In this document: piece by piece, positions 46,289-54,661 of the stretch | Layout of the letters: every line of letters begins with the position of its first letter | Numbering within the stretch: the stretch's first letter is position 1 | Assembly (NCBI GenBank): GCA_041745695.1 | Contig: JBGTIL010000002.1 | Location: forward strand, 1-55,491 | Direction: 5' to 3' | DNA from: Chitinophagaceae bacterium | Lineage (GTDB): Bacteria; Bacteroidota; Bacteroidia; Chitinophagales; Chitinophagaceae | DNA length: 55,491 nucleotides | Translations under genes and position numbers: made by a program | The notes under the pieces: model-generated | What the model saw: the letters and a program-made list of their open reading frames with translations, nothing else | What the model was told of the DNA's origin: nothing | Database searches by the model: none

Positions 46289-47631
46289 GCAGGAATTTTT
46301 CTGTTAACTGCCTTGTATACATCCTTGTACTGTAGGAATTTGCTTTCGATCTTTTCGCCTGTTTTGAGCGCAGTCTTTTCGCAGAAACTTTTCATCTGAT
46401 CGAGCGTTTTGCGGCCAAGATCAGGTAGCGCCAAAGTTTTTCCCTCGCGTTCGAAATAAAATTGAAAGATTTGGGTATATCCTACCGGATGCTGTACTAT
46501 GATCTCATACCCGGTGCGGCTTTCAGGCTTCGGCGTTGATACCTCAGCGATTGACGCCTCTTTTTCAAACATCACCATGGTCTGATCAGCCTGGCTTTTC
46601 AGGTCGAGTTCCATCTGCGACTGCTTCTGCTTTTCTTCAGCTTCTATGCGCAGGCGCTCTGCATCTTCTGATTCGCGCTTCCGGATCGCTTCCGCCTGCT
46701 GCTGCCTAAGAACTTCAGCTGCCTTCGCTTCTTCTTCCAGCTGCTTTTTTCTTGCACCCTCCGCCCGGGCGATTTCCTCCTGACGAATGCGGTCCTCTTC
46801 CGCCGCTTTTGCAATCGATTCAAGCTCAAGCTTCTTTGATGGAAGACGATCGATCAGATTACGCTTCAACTCTTCCAGATCGGCTGAGTACTGATCGTAG
46901 AAAGACATGAAACCAAATTCCTGAAAAGCCTCTCCGTCGATTTTTTTCAGTTCTTCGGGCGAAAATGGATAGACAGGTGAAATCGTGTATGTGACAATTT
47001 CTGACAGTTTTGTCTCCGGGAAGCTGCAATTAAGGTTAGCCAGGTTGGTCGATATCTCTTCGATGTTTTCGAGGGTAATCTCAGTAAAAGCTTTGTTCCA
47101 GGCCTCTTTTTTGCGGGCAAGAAAGCTATTGAGACATGTAGCAATCGCTGTAGAAATTTTTGTTTTCTGCTCAATCCGAGCCCGGGCTTTTGCTGCTGCC
47201 TCTTCTGCTTCCCTGGCCCTTCGCTTTTCTTCCTCTGCCAGCTGCTTCGCATAGGTATCCCTGTTATTCTGAACTTCATAGGGAACGGTGTGGGGCTTTG
47301 TTTTGTCGATCTCGTTTTCAGCAGCGGTAAACATGCGGGAAAACTCTGTCATAAGTTGCGTGATCACCGCACGCAGTTCTTTTTCTTCCTTCAGGGCAAC
47401 TGAGCAGTTTGCGAGATACTTGTTGCTGCGTTCGTCGGCAGCAGCGAGGGCCGCAAGACGTTCCTGTGTGTCAGTTATAGCCCATGCAAGGTCCCATTGC
47501 TGGACGATAGATCTGCCAACGATCAGCGCTTTGGCCGATCTTTCCTGGTTAGCTTTCAGGATGGCAGGGCCTGTACGAAAAACGTCTATTGATTTCTCGA
47601 TTACGGCCAGCTGGTTATTTTCTGTTTGCAT
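46285..47631 (-). CDS. Coiled-coil protein of the recombination module
   Basis: 448 aa, E/K/A-rich, between RecT and the exonuclease. Confidence 0.75.
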   Translation of the reverse strand: MQTENNQLAVIEKSIDVFRTGPAILKANQERSAKALIVGRSIVQQWDLAWAITDTQERLAALAAADERSNKYLANCSVALKEEKELRAVITQLMTEFSRMFTAAENEIDKTKPHTVPYEVQNNRDTYAKQLAEEEKRRAREAEEAAAKARARIEQKTKISTAIATCLNSFLARKKEAWNKAFTEITLENIEEISTNLANLNCSFPETKLSEIVTYTISPVYPFSPEELKKIDGEAFQEFGFMSFYDQYSADLEELKRNLIDRLPSKKLELESIAKAAEEDRIRQEEIARAEGARKKQLEEEAKAAEVLRQQQAEAIRKRESEDAERLRIEAEEKQKQSQMELDLKSQADQTMVMFEKEASIAEVSTPKPESRTGYEIIVQHPVGYTQIFQFYFEREGKTLALPDLGRKTLDQMKSFCEKTALKTGEKIESKFLQYKDVYKAVNRKIPA

Positions 47632-47652
47632 GATTAAGAGTTAAGGGCGTTT

Positions 47653-48549
47653 TCAAAAATTATCATCGTCATGGGTAATCGTAGCCCCGGGCGTGTGGCC
47701 ATTGCCGTTGAATGAATCGTCGCCAGCTTCCGGCGTGATCGGAGGCTCGATGGCTCCCTGACTGTTGATCTGATGAGTGACCGGTGTCTGTTGAACTTCG
47801 TCCGCTTCATCGATTTCGACTCCGAGCTGTTCAAATACCGGCCTGTTACCTGTAGCCCAACTCTTATCGGTCGCCGCATGCTTCACGATCTTAGTGCGAA
47901 GGAAACCGGCAAGAGGCTGGCCGCCGTTATTCCAATTAGGGCCTCCAGACTGCATTGATTTTTTCTTCCATGCCTCCCAGTCCGATTTGCGGTAGATGAA
48001 GTATTTGTCGTTCCCCTTGCTGTCTATCACAAAGCGAACGTAGCCCGCGATAATGGTTTCCGTTTTGAAGGTTTCTACGTGCCTGACCACACGCCCGTTT
48101 TCAACCTCGAATATATCGTCCTGGTATACGAGTTTCGCCTGGTCAACGTACTGTACCTGGCCTGAATTCATCAGGCGCTTGACGTGCGCCCCGGCCTGGC
48201 GCCAGAGGTAGGCCTTGCCGCCCAGCGGTACCAGGTAGACTTCGTTATCAGCAGGGTCGATACTGTAACCGTTAACGGCTGCCGTGACGAAACATGCGTA
48301 GAGGCTGAACTGGTCGCATTTTCTTAAGTCTTCGCTTGCTGTGAGCAACTGCGTGAAATGGGCCATCTGCCGATGGTACATAAGTTCACCCACTTTGTCC
48401 TTATGTGAAAAGTTGTAATTGTCGATATACTTTTGTCGGACGAGCGGCAGTTGAACTATCTGCAATGCAGGCGTGTTCTTGAGTATATCGGTAACTTTGT
48501 CTTGCGGCTTTTGTACAGCCACTTCGTTTTTTTGTGTTACTTGTTCCAT
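47653..48549 (-). CDS. recT: RecT/Redbeta-like ssDNA annealing protein
   Basis: LRKCDQFSLYAC...GYSIDP..EVYLVP; VYQDDIF; RTKIVKHA; acidic C-terminal tail. Confidence 0.75.
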   Translation of the reverse strand: MEQVTQKNEVAVQKPQDKVTDILKNTPALQIVQLPLVRQKYIDNYNFSHKDKVGELMYHRQMAHFTQLLTASEDLRKCDQFSLYACFVTAAVNGYSIDPADNEVYLVPLGGKAYLWRQAGAHVKRLMNSGQVQYVDQAKLVYQDDIFEVENGRVVRHVETFKTETIIAGYVRFVIDSKGNDKYFIYRKSDWEAWKKKSMQSGGPNWNNGGQPLAGFLRTKIVKHAATDKSWATGNRPVFEQLGVEIDEADEVQQTPVTHQINSQGAIEPPITPEAGDDSFNGNGHTPGATITHDDDNF

Positions 48550-48583
48550 AACTTTGCTTTGTTTTTAGGTTTAACAATTTGTT

Positions 48584-48829
48584 TTAAGAAGTCGGCTCAG
48601 AACCGGCTTCTTTAATTTTCAAGCGTTGTTCAGATCTCGAAGGGTCACGCCGGCCATCCATTTCCCATCCGCTCTTACAAAGTACATTTTCTATTGTTTC
48701 CTGATAGTCGCCTCCCTTGTATTCGTCGCCAAGCACCCCAAACCGAGAAACATACCGCATGACCTTAAATTCATTTTTGCGGGATAGGCTTTTGTACTTC
48801 TTGCCGGGTAGGAGTTCTGTGATTAGCAT
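48584..48829 (-). CDS. Hypothetical protein
   Basis: 81-aa ORF in the early operon. Confidence 0.6.
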   Translation of the reverse strand: MLITELLPGKKYKSLSRKNEFKVMRYVSRFGVLGDEYKGGDYQETIENVLCKSGWEMDGRRDPSRSEQRLKIKEAGSEPTS

Positions 48830-48834
48830 GATTA

Positions 48835-49164
48835 TTAGAGTTTTGATAATTCAGATTTTGCTTTTTTAAAAAACTCATCTTCGGTTCCATTTTGTTTCAT
48901 AGTGACCTTAACCGGCAGTATAGAACAACCTGCTTTCATTAGCTCCGGAAAAGGTTTGACCATTCCTGTTTCAGCCATCATTTGTAACATAGCTACACAC
49001 GTTACAAATGATGGTGCTAAGGTTTGTGTTTGCGGAAATCCATCGGGAGCGCACAACACATACATTTCCTCGTCCACCAGTTCAGACATTTTTACGTTTT
49101 CTTTTTTGACTTTAACTTTCATCTTTTTAAATTTTTGGCACTTTCTTATCTCTGCACTTTTCAT
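48835..49164 (-). CDS. Hypothetical protein
   Basis: ORF in the early operon; true start may be downstream. Confidence 0.6.
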   Translation of the reverse strand: MKSAEIRKCQKFKKMKVKVKKENVKMSELVDEEMYVLCAPDGFPQTQTLAPSFVTCVAMLQMMAETGMVKPFPELMKAGCSILPVKVTMKQNGTEDEFFKKAKSELSKL

Positions 49165-49200
49165 GCAGGATATAGAAGGTTATTATTGAAAGGGTGATGA

Positions 49201-49527
49201 TCATTTTAAAGTTTTATAGGTGTTAATTATAAACATTTTAAATTTTTCAAAATTCTTTAACGCCTGTATACAGGCGTTTTTTAGAGGCCTTTTCCCTGCG
49301 TAATATATAGGGGCATAACTCTTCATTACTTCTGTGTGCAGATGTGGTTTTATACCTGATTTATTTAAAAATGCAGTGACTATTTTCCAATTATCGCTTC
49401 GGACTTTAGAACTTTCCCAAGGGAGTGTTTTATTTTTAGTTCTTGGAAAACCATTGCCACGGCCAATATACTCCCCAGTAAAAAAATCAAAATCTCCGTT
49501 AATCATATCATCAGCTATTTCACCCAT
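49201..49527 (-). CDS. Hypothetical phage protein
   Basis: MGEIADDMING...GEYIG.G.GFPRT. Confidence 0.7.
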   Translation of the reverse strand: MGEIADDMINGDFDFFTGEYIGRGNGFPRTKNKTLPWESSKVRSDNWKIVTAFLNKSGIKPHLHTEVMKSYAPIYYAGKRPLKNACIQALKNFEKFKMFIINTYKTLK

Positions 49528-49850
49528 AGTACTTATTTTTTACTTTTAAAAAATTACCGGATTACTATTCCATCCGGCGTAAGTCAAACGGTTACTTAAC
49601 CGTCAGCCTCATCGGTATCACCCCGAATCATGGCGGCCTGTGCTTTCCAGGCTGTCCGAACATTTTTGACGACCTCGATCAAAGCATGCAAAATGTTCTA
49701 ACAGCAGCTTTGATCTTTCAGAAACGATCATGTGGGTTTATCGTTTTTGTCTGTCGGCCTCTCATGTAAGCCGGTTTCAAACTCAGCCTTAACGGCTTAT
49801 CTACTTTCCCTGAAAGCACCCATCAACAAACCGGTTTCGATTATAACTGT

Positions 49851-49924
49851 TGGAAGCGAGGCCAGGACTCGAACCTGAATGATGGGCTTATGAGACCCTC
49901 GTGTTACCGTTAAACTACCTCGCT
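49851..49924 (-). tRNA. Phage tRNA with CAU anticodon (Met, or Ile2 if lysidinylated)
   Basis: Acceptor AGCGAGG/CCTCGCT plus TCCA; anticodon loop CTCATAA; T-arm TCAGG TTCGAGT CCTGG. Confidence 0.85.
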
Positions 49925-49929
49925 AATCT

Positions 49930-50124
49930 TTACTTCGGTTGACACGGCGCGCAAAAGTGCGGCGGTATCTTTTTGATCTTATCCCATAGCCACTCTAAGG
50001 GGTTGAAGTCCCTCATTTCCTTAGGGTCAGTCGGCGGGTACTGCGGCGGATTAGCTTGTACTGATGCTGCGGCAAATAACATGGTTAAGCACATTGCGAC
50101 AACCATTAACTTTTTCCTTTTCAT
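49930..50124 (-). CDS. Small secreted peptide precursor
   Basis: MKRKKLMVVAMCLTMLFAAASVQA| followed by a 40-aa Pro-rich peptide with CxxC. Confidence 0.7.
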   Translation of the reverse strand: MKRKKLMVVAMCLTMLFAAASVQANPPQYPPTDPKEMRDFNPLEWLWDKIKKIPPHFCAPCQPK

Positions 50125-50175
50125 ATTTGTGTGGTTTGCGGGCTCATTAGAGAGCCAGCGAGTTTTGAATGTTAT

Positions 50176-50379
50176 TTATTGATTTGATATACCCGCCATG
50201 TATGCTAACCATGCAACATGGTACACGTGAGTGCCTTTTTCATATTTCATCGCCTTGCAGTACCCGTTTGCCTTAGATACCATTTCTTCGTTTGATATAC
50301 GTTTAACAGGTTGTTTATGAATTTCGTCATAAGCTATTTCTTCACTCGCTCTTTTGGTTCGCTTGATAAAATTTGACAT
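50176..50379 (-). CDS. Hypothetical protein
   Basis: 67-aa ORF in the early operon. Confidence 0.6.
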   Translation of the reverse strand: MSNFIKRTKRASEEIAYDEIHKQPVKRISNEEMVSKANGYCKAMKYEKGTHVYHVAWLAYMAGISNQ

Positions 50380-50458
50380 GTTATTTACTTTTCAAATTAA
50401 TCCCCGGTATAGACATACCGGAGCTCCTTATAACCCTTAAAGAAAAAACAACAGACTT

Positions 50459-50635
50459 TCAGTTCCGTTGCCCTGCCCACTCGTCCGAATCCTCTTTGAC
50501 GTGCAGGGAGGGGTAGTTAATGATCTGCTGTCTGATTTTGTTTCTTAGCGTAATCCTGCGCCTTATCATGCAGACCAGATACCCGGACAGGAATGCGCAT
50601 GCGTTCGAAATGAACATTAGCAAAATGATTATCAT
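50459..50635 (-). CDS. Small single-TM protein (58 aa)
   Basis: MIIILLMFISNACAFLSGYLVCMIRRR...; ATGA overlap with the upstream ORF. Confidence 0.5.
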   Translation of the reverse strand: MIIILLMFISNACAFLSGYLVCMIRRRITLRNKIRQQIINYPSLHVKEDSDEWAGQRN

Positions 50636-50748
50636 CCGAATAATATTTTAGAAATGATTACTCCAAAATTTCGAATCAACCTTAAGAAGCGCGGCTCCTT
50701 TTCATCCTTCAGGCGGCCTTCGTAGTAGGCTTGTAATCTTTTACTCAT
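50632..50748 (-). CDS. Small hypothetical protein (38 aa)
   Basis: MSKRLQAYYEGRLKDEKEPRFLRLIRNFGVIISKILFG; tight packing. Confidence 0.45.
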   Translation of the reverse strand: MSKRLQAYYEGRLKDEKEPRFLRLIRNFGVIISKILFG

Positions 50749-50753
50749 GTTGA

Positions 50754-50900
50754 TTAGTTGAGGTATTTTGCCGTGATCTCATAATGCATGATTGCATACT
50801 GCTGATCCTTCGATGTGAAAAACTTCAGGCCCTTAGCCTCTGCATACTGCCTCACGATCAGGTAGTACGGAATGGCCGGGATAGAGCTATTGTACTGCAT
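50754..50900 (-). CDS. Small hypothetical protein (48 aa)
   Basis: MQYNSSIPAIPYYLIVRQYAEAKGLKFF...; tight packing. Confidence 0.45.
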   Translation of the reverse strand: MQYNSSIPAIPYYLIVRQYAEAKGLKFFTSKDQQYAIMHYEITAKYLN

Positions 50901-51300
50901 GTTCTTTCTCATTTACGGTTATGGATACCTGGTAGTGCTTTTCAACTTCAAGCATATACTTTGCCACACCCTTCCAATATTCAATAGATGTGAGAAACGA
51001 CCTCCAATCCCTCTCATGGAAGAACCAGAACATGAACTCTAAGAGCGAATCGGTGAACTGGCCGCGTTCATCATCGAAGGTTACGAACACGATGCCGAGG
51101 TGGATATCATAGCTATCAATGAACCCCTTTTCGACAAGCGCCTCCGCGAACTCTGTCGGGGTTGCCGTGTATTTCAGTTCCTGCATGAGGATTTCGTATT
51201 CGCTTGCCGCTCCCGCTTCGTTGTCGAAGGAGGAACTGACTACTTTCAATTTCGGGTAAATCTGATGGTACGTGTCGAATGGTTTGATTACCTTTGTCAT
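50887..51300 (-). CDS. Hypothetical protein
   Basis: 137-aa ORF in the early operon. Confidence 0.7.
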   Translation of the reverse strand: MTKVIKPFDTYHQIYPKLKVVSSSFDNEAGAASEYEILMQELKYTATPTEFAEALVEKGFIDSYDIHLGIVFVTFDDERGQFTDSLLEFMFWFFHERDWRSFLTSIEYWKGVAKYMLEVEKHYQVSITVNEKEHAVQ

Positions 51301-51320
51301 GCTTTTTCTTTTGATTTGAT

Positions 51321-51497
51321 TTAATGACCCGGTTCACAGCCGGGTTTTTTATTTTCGTTACGCTCAAGCTGCTTTGCTTTCAGCTTCATGGCACGAGCCA
51401 TCCCTTTGCGCCGCCAACTTTCGGTTAGCCTGTCGGCGAGGGCTTCGGCGAGCTTCTGCTTCTCAGACTTATCCTTAGAGATGTGGACGACCTTCAT
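51321..51497 (-). CDS. Small basic protein in the cII position (58 aa)
   Basis: MKVVHISKDKSEKQKLAEALADRLTESW...KKPGCEPGH; ATGA overlap with the cro stop. Confidence 0.55.
   Translation of the reverse strand: MKVVHISKDKSEKQKLAEALADRLTESWRRKGMARAMKLKAKQLERNENKKPGCEPGH
51327..51351 (+). terminator. Plus-strand intrinsic terminator (antisense to the early operon)
   Basis: ACCCGG-TTCACAG-CCGGGT followed by a T run. Confidence 0.7.
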
Positions 51498-51715
51498 GAT
51501 AATACTTTTCTGATTTTCTCAATGGTGCCCGGTGAGCCTGAACCGACAAGGGAAACCTTGAATAAAACCTCCCTCGAGATACCAATTGCTTCAGCGCAAT
51601 CGGTGCTTGTATCGAAACTTTTGGCGTACTCTTTCAGTCGCTTGAACTCCTCTTTTGTCAACTTCACGCTCCTTTTTCGGCGGATACCACTTAATGGTAT
51701 TTGTTCATTTGTCAT
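51494..51715 (-). CDS. Cro-like HTH protein
   Basis: DCAEAIGISREVL HTH; first gene of the leftward operon, divergent from the repressor. Confidence 0.75.
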   Translation of the reverse strand: MTNEQIPLSGIRRKRSVKLTKEEFKRLKEYAKSFDTSTDCAEAIGISREVLFKVSLVGSGSPGTIEKIRKVLS

Positions 51716-51793
51716 ATTTTGTTACATTTACTTTACGTGTGTGAAGATAAGTTAGAAAATATAACATTTCCAAATAATTGTTAGAAAATATAA
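51711..51793. promoter_or_regulatory. Immunity operators and early promoter
   Basis: GTTAGAAAATATAA at 51751 and 51780; inverted 12/15 copy at 51711-51725; minus-strand TTTG-N21-TATCTTCA straddles the first copy. Confidence 0.75.
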
Positions 51794-51831
51794 AATTTAG
51801 ATGTTTGATAATAAAACATCGCCTTTTTTAG

Positions 51832-52302
51832 ATGAATCTTAAAGAAGAATACAATCAGCTGATAGAAACAATAAAAAGAGCATCGAAAAAAGAAGGTGTC
51901 ACTTTAAGGAATGAAGATATAGCGGCCGTTTTGGGGTACAATCGGTCTTATTTTTCCACGCTCATGAGTTATCGCGGTAAGGTTACTCCCGACCACATCA
52001 AACTCTTGAAATTGAATTACAGTTCATTGTTAGAAAAAGAAACATCAGAAAGAATTGCGAGTACTGTAACAAAGGCATTGCAGCATCAAGAGTCTGAACG
52101 CACAGAGAAATTAATTTCTTCATTAGAGCGCGAAAACCAACACTTGCGGAGTCAGAATGAAACTAATTTAACTGATATAAAGGAATTTTTAAGAGTGAAT
52201 CAGGGTATGATCGGGGCTCTTTATGAGCAGCTGGTAACGGATTCAAAAAAGGACAAAGCCTTAGTCGAAGAGTATCGGAAATTCCTGAAAAAGGACAGTT
52301 GA
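51832..52302 (+). CDS. CI-like repressor (HTH plus coiled coil)
   Basis: NEDIAAVLGYNRSYFSTL HTH; divergent from cro. Confidence 0.75.
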   Translation: MNLKEEYNQLIETIKRASKKEGVTLRNEDIAAVLGYNRSYFSTLMSYRGKVTPDHIKLLKLNYSSLLEKETSERIASTVTKALQHQESERTEKLISSLERENQHLRSQNETNLTDIKEFLRVNQGMIGALYEQLVTDSKKDKALVEEYRKFLKKDS

Positions 52303-52483
52303 ATTTCCGCGGGCATTGGGCACAACATAGCATGGACAAGCAAATAATTGATAGGAATAGGTTTAATGGTGAGTAGTGTGTATGGAATTTGGAAGGATAT
52401 TGGAAATAGGATCGCAAACATACTAATAATATTAGCAAATCCTAAAAATATTAGTTTTTAATCATTCAGTAAAAATCAAGGAC

Positions 52484-52678
52484 ATGGATCAGTCAAATGG
52501 CTTTATGATGATAGGCTTTTATCTTTTTGGAATCGTCATATCAGCTTTCATTTTTGCACTTGTGTTTAACGTCTCAAAGCATATTAAGCTTTTGAAGATA
52601 CAGGTGGAGCTCCTTTCAAAAATAGCTGAGAAATCGGGCGTAAGTATGGATGAAGTCAGCGAAATCGTAAACAGGTAA
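52484..52678 (+). CDS. Small membrane protein
   Basis: Single N-terminal TM; in the lysogeny-direction operon. Confidence 0.65.
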   Translation: MDQSNGFMMIGFYLFGIVISAFIFALVFNVSKHIKLLKIQVELLSKIAEKSGVSMDEVSEIVNR

Positions 52679-52689
52679 AAAGTATAAAA

Positions 52690-52890
52690 ATGCCAGCCAA
52701 ATTTAAAACAGGTGACAAAGTTAGAATGACTTCGGACGGGCCGGAATTAGTGATTGAAAAAGTATACTTGAATGGCGTGGACTCGTACATAGCCAAATGC
52801 TGGTTTTACAGCAAGGGGCACGATGAGTTTATCACAAAGGAATATGCAGTTGAGTTACTCACCCTCGTACCTCCACCATCCGGAACCTGA
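52690..52890 (+). CDS. YodC/DUF2158-like small protein
   Basis: FKTGDKVRMTSDGPELVIE...CWF. Confidence 0.75.
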   Translation: MPAKFKTGDKVRMTSDGPELVIEKVYLNGVDSYIAKCWFYSKGHDEFITKEYAVELLTLVPPPSGT

Positions 52891-53127
52891 CGTATTCATA
52901 AAACGCGTCAGCGGCTTCGACAATAGTCTGTTCGTTATTAAAACTGTTTGTGCTGATCGCCATCTTAATGCATTCAATTTTTAAGTTCTGCTCATCAGTC
53001 GGAGTCTGCATTTTTTCAAGCTTCGACTGAGTTGATCCTGTCTCTGCCATACAAAAGAAGTTTTATTAATCCATAAAATTAAAGAAAAATAATCGCAAAC
53101 CCCACCCTCCATATAACCACGATCCGG

Positions 53128-53412
53128 ATGCTGAAGCTTCTTGACCACATGATCAAAAGCAATGTAGCAAAAAACCTGGGGGATGCCGCAGAGCATATTG
53201 GATTCAATAATGCAAACATGTGGAAGGTCAAAAGGGGCAAGAATAAATTCACGGTAGATCAGATTGAAGCCGCATGCAGGATCACAGGAGCCAGCGCGGA
53301 TTATGTCTTCGGGCTAACGGCAACGATGATGCGAAAGCCGGCCCGCAGGCCGATTGATCAGATCAGGGAAGCGGTGCAGACCTTGGAAACGATGCTGTCT
53401 AAACGCCAATAA
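53128..53412 (+). CDS. XRE-like HTH protein next to attR
   Basis: AAEHIGFNNANMWKVKRG...ITGASADYVFG. Confidence 0.75.
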   Translation: MLKLLDHMIKSNVAKNLGDAAEHIGFNNANMWKVKRGKNKFTVDQIEAACRITGASADYVFGLTATMMRKPARRPIDQIREAVQTLETMLSKRQ

Positions 53413-53427
53413 TAACGCTACGCACTC

Positions 53428-53456
53428 GTGCCACAAGGGTGTCAAAGCAGTGCCAA
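53428..53456 (+). promoter_or_regulatory. Putative integrase arm-type sites
   Basis: GTGCCA (53428), GTGTCA (53439), GTGCCA (53450) at 11-bp period. Confidence 0.65.
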
Positions 53457-53525
53457 AATGGATTCAAAAAGGAACACGTCATCTTATCAAACTATTGATA
53501 CTCAATGAGACCAAAGAAAAAAACT

Positions 53526-53542
53526 AATCCAGTCCTGGGCAC
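53526..53542 (+). repeat. attR core
   Basis: AATCCAGTCCTGGGCAC, identical to 125..141. Confidence 0.95.
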
Positions 53543-53544
53543 TT

Positions 53545-53585
53545 GGTGACGGTAAAGGGTAGAAAGCAAGCCTTTTACCGTCACC
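53545..53585 (+). terminator. Hairpin after attR (pre-integration tRNA terminator)
   Basis: GGTGACGGTAAAGGG/CCTTTTACCGTCACC 15-bp stem. Confidence 0.65.
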
Positions 53586-53596
53586 TAAATGCAAAG

Positions 53597-53658
53597 AGTG
53601 CCAATGAGATATCAGATTACTGGCCGGCCCCGATCGTAAAAACGAAAAAGCGAAATGG
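53597..53658 (+). pseudogene. Decayed 5' end of a related integrase
   Basis: Aligns with about 205..266 (AGTGCCAATGA.ATAT-CAGATTAC.GGCC.GCCC.GATCGT.AAAAC); 1-bp deletion, then truncated. Confidence 0.8.
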
Positions 53659-53856
53659 CTATAAACTTTTTGCGTTGGTATTTACGGGTTTAATGATCCT
53701 GTATATTATCATAACAATGGCGATGACGAAGGTGATCATACCTATCCACAGGAAAACTTCCGATATTTTGAACTGGTTCATTATTTTAAAGATGCTACCA
53801 GTAGTGGTGATGATGATAGATACAAGCAGTAAAAGGATTCCGGTATTTCTTTTCAT
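53659..53856 (-). CDS. Small two-TM membrane protein
   Basis: Two hydrophobic helices; downstream of the lipoprotein gene. Confidence 0.6.
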   Translation of the reverse strand: MKRNTGILLLLVSIIITTTGSIFKIMNQFKISEVFLWIGMITFVIAIVMIIYRIIKPVNTNAKSL

Positions 53857-53883
53857 AAATTTTATGTTTGATGTATGAATGAA

Positions 53884-54537
53884 TTAAGCATTGCAACTAC
53901 AGGCGATAGCTATGACAATCGAAACCTGTGGTTGTGTTGCCAATGCCAGACAGGAAACGAATGAATCGCAAAATTCTTCGCTTTCCTGCCGGAAACAATC
54001 ACCATAACTCTGCCCCGGCTGTCTTTGACAGAAGCCGGGAGCTGAATCGATTTGAGCAAAAGTAGCTTTAAACGCACGTTCACTCATGGCTTTTATGATT
54101 TTTTGACCATTCTTAAATTCAATCGTTATAGGCTGCCCATTCTTCAATATTCCTATTGTGCCATTTTTATCATTCTTCATTTTACCGGAATAAAGCAATT
54201 CATCCTGAACAATCAAGGTTTCCGCTTTGCGGGCTCTGACGGCATAAAATTGGCCTTTTTGTTTTAACGCAACAATGTAAATCAATTCATTGGTCTGGCT
54301 GGATGAAAGCAATTGCACTTGTTCAAAATCAAGATCCTCTTTGATTTGTGCATAGATATTTCCCGATAGGGCATTTTTTAATGCTGTTACGTCGGGCAGA
54401 GCTGGTTCTAAACCATACGTTGCGTAAAACGCCGCCATTGTAGCGATCTGCTTTTTTGGTTTTTCTTCCTCCTGGTGGTTTGAACGGTTACAGGCCATTA
54501 CTGATAGGATTAATCCTAATACAAGAATGTACTTCAT
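53884..54537 (-). CDS. Lipoprotein with Cys-rich C-terminal domain
   Basis: Lipobox LSVMA|C; six Cys in the last ~50 aa. Confidence 0.8.
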   Translation of the reverse strand: MKYILVLGLILSVMACNRSNHQEEEKPKKQIATMAAFYATYGLEPALPDVTALKNALSGNIYAQIKEDLDFEQVQLLSSSQTNELIYIVALKQKGQFYAVRARKAETLIVQDELLYSGKMKNDKNGTIGILKNGQPITIEFKNGQKIIKAMSERAFKATFAQIDSAPGFCQRQPGQSYGDCFRQESEEFCDSFVSCLALATQPQVSIVIAIACSCNA

Positions 54538-54661
54538 GATGAGTGGTTTTGATGAAGGCGCAATATATGACCAGGTATATCTGGTATTGTACTATTCACC
54601 TTTGTAAATTACCAGGGTCTGCTTGTTTTTTATTATCTTAGAATTATCTAATTTGCCGACT

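Larger units (their letters stand above)
125..53542. mobile_element. Intact-looking temperate siphovirus-like prophage (~53.4 kb)
   Basis: Flanked by identical 17-bp att cores; carries integrase, CI/Cro, replication, terminase, portal, capsid, tape measure and lysis genes with no obvious disruptions. Confidence 0.95.

Noticed and set aside
49590-49830. Hammerhead or HDV-like (theta) ribozyme after the tRNA
   Set aside because: No CUGAnGA/GAAA core in the right context, and I could not build an HDV fold by eye; kept only as an unassigned structure
52859-53050. 63-aa minus-strand ORF in the immunity region
   Set aside because: Plausible, but it overlaps the YodC-like gene end and has no motif I can support
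125-53542. Stop-codon reassignment as in some Bacteroidota phages
   Set aside because: Genes tile densely under the standard code, TAG ends a gene at 12556, and there is no suppressor tRNA
53543-53878. 111-aa plus-strand ORF
   Set aside because: Composite of the hairpin, the frameshifted int relic and the antisense of a TM gene
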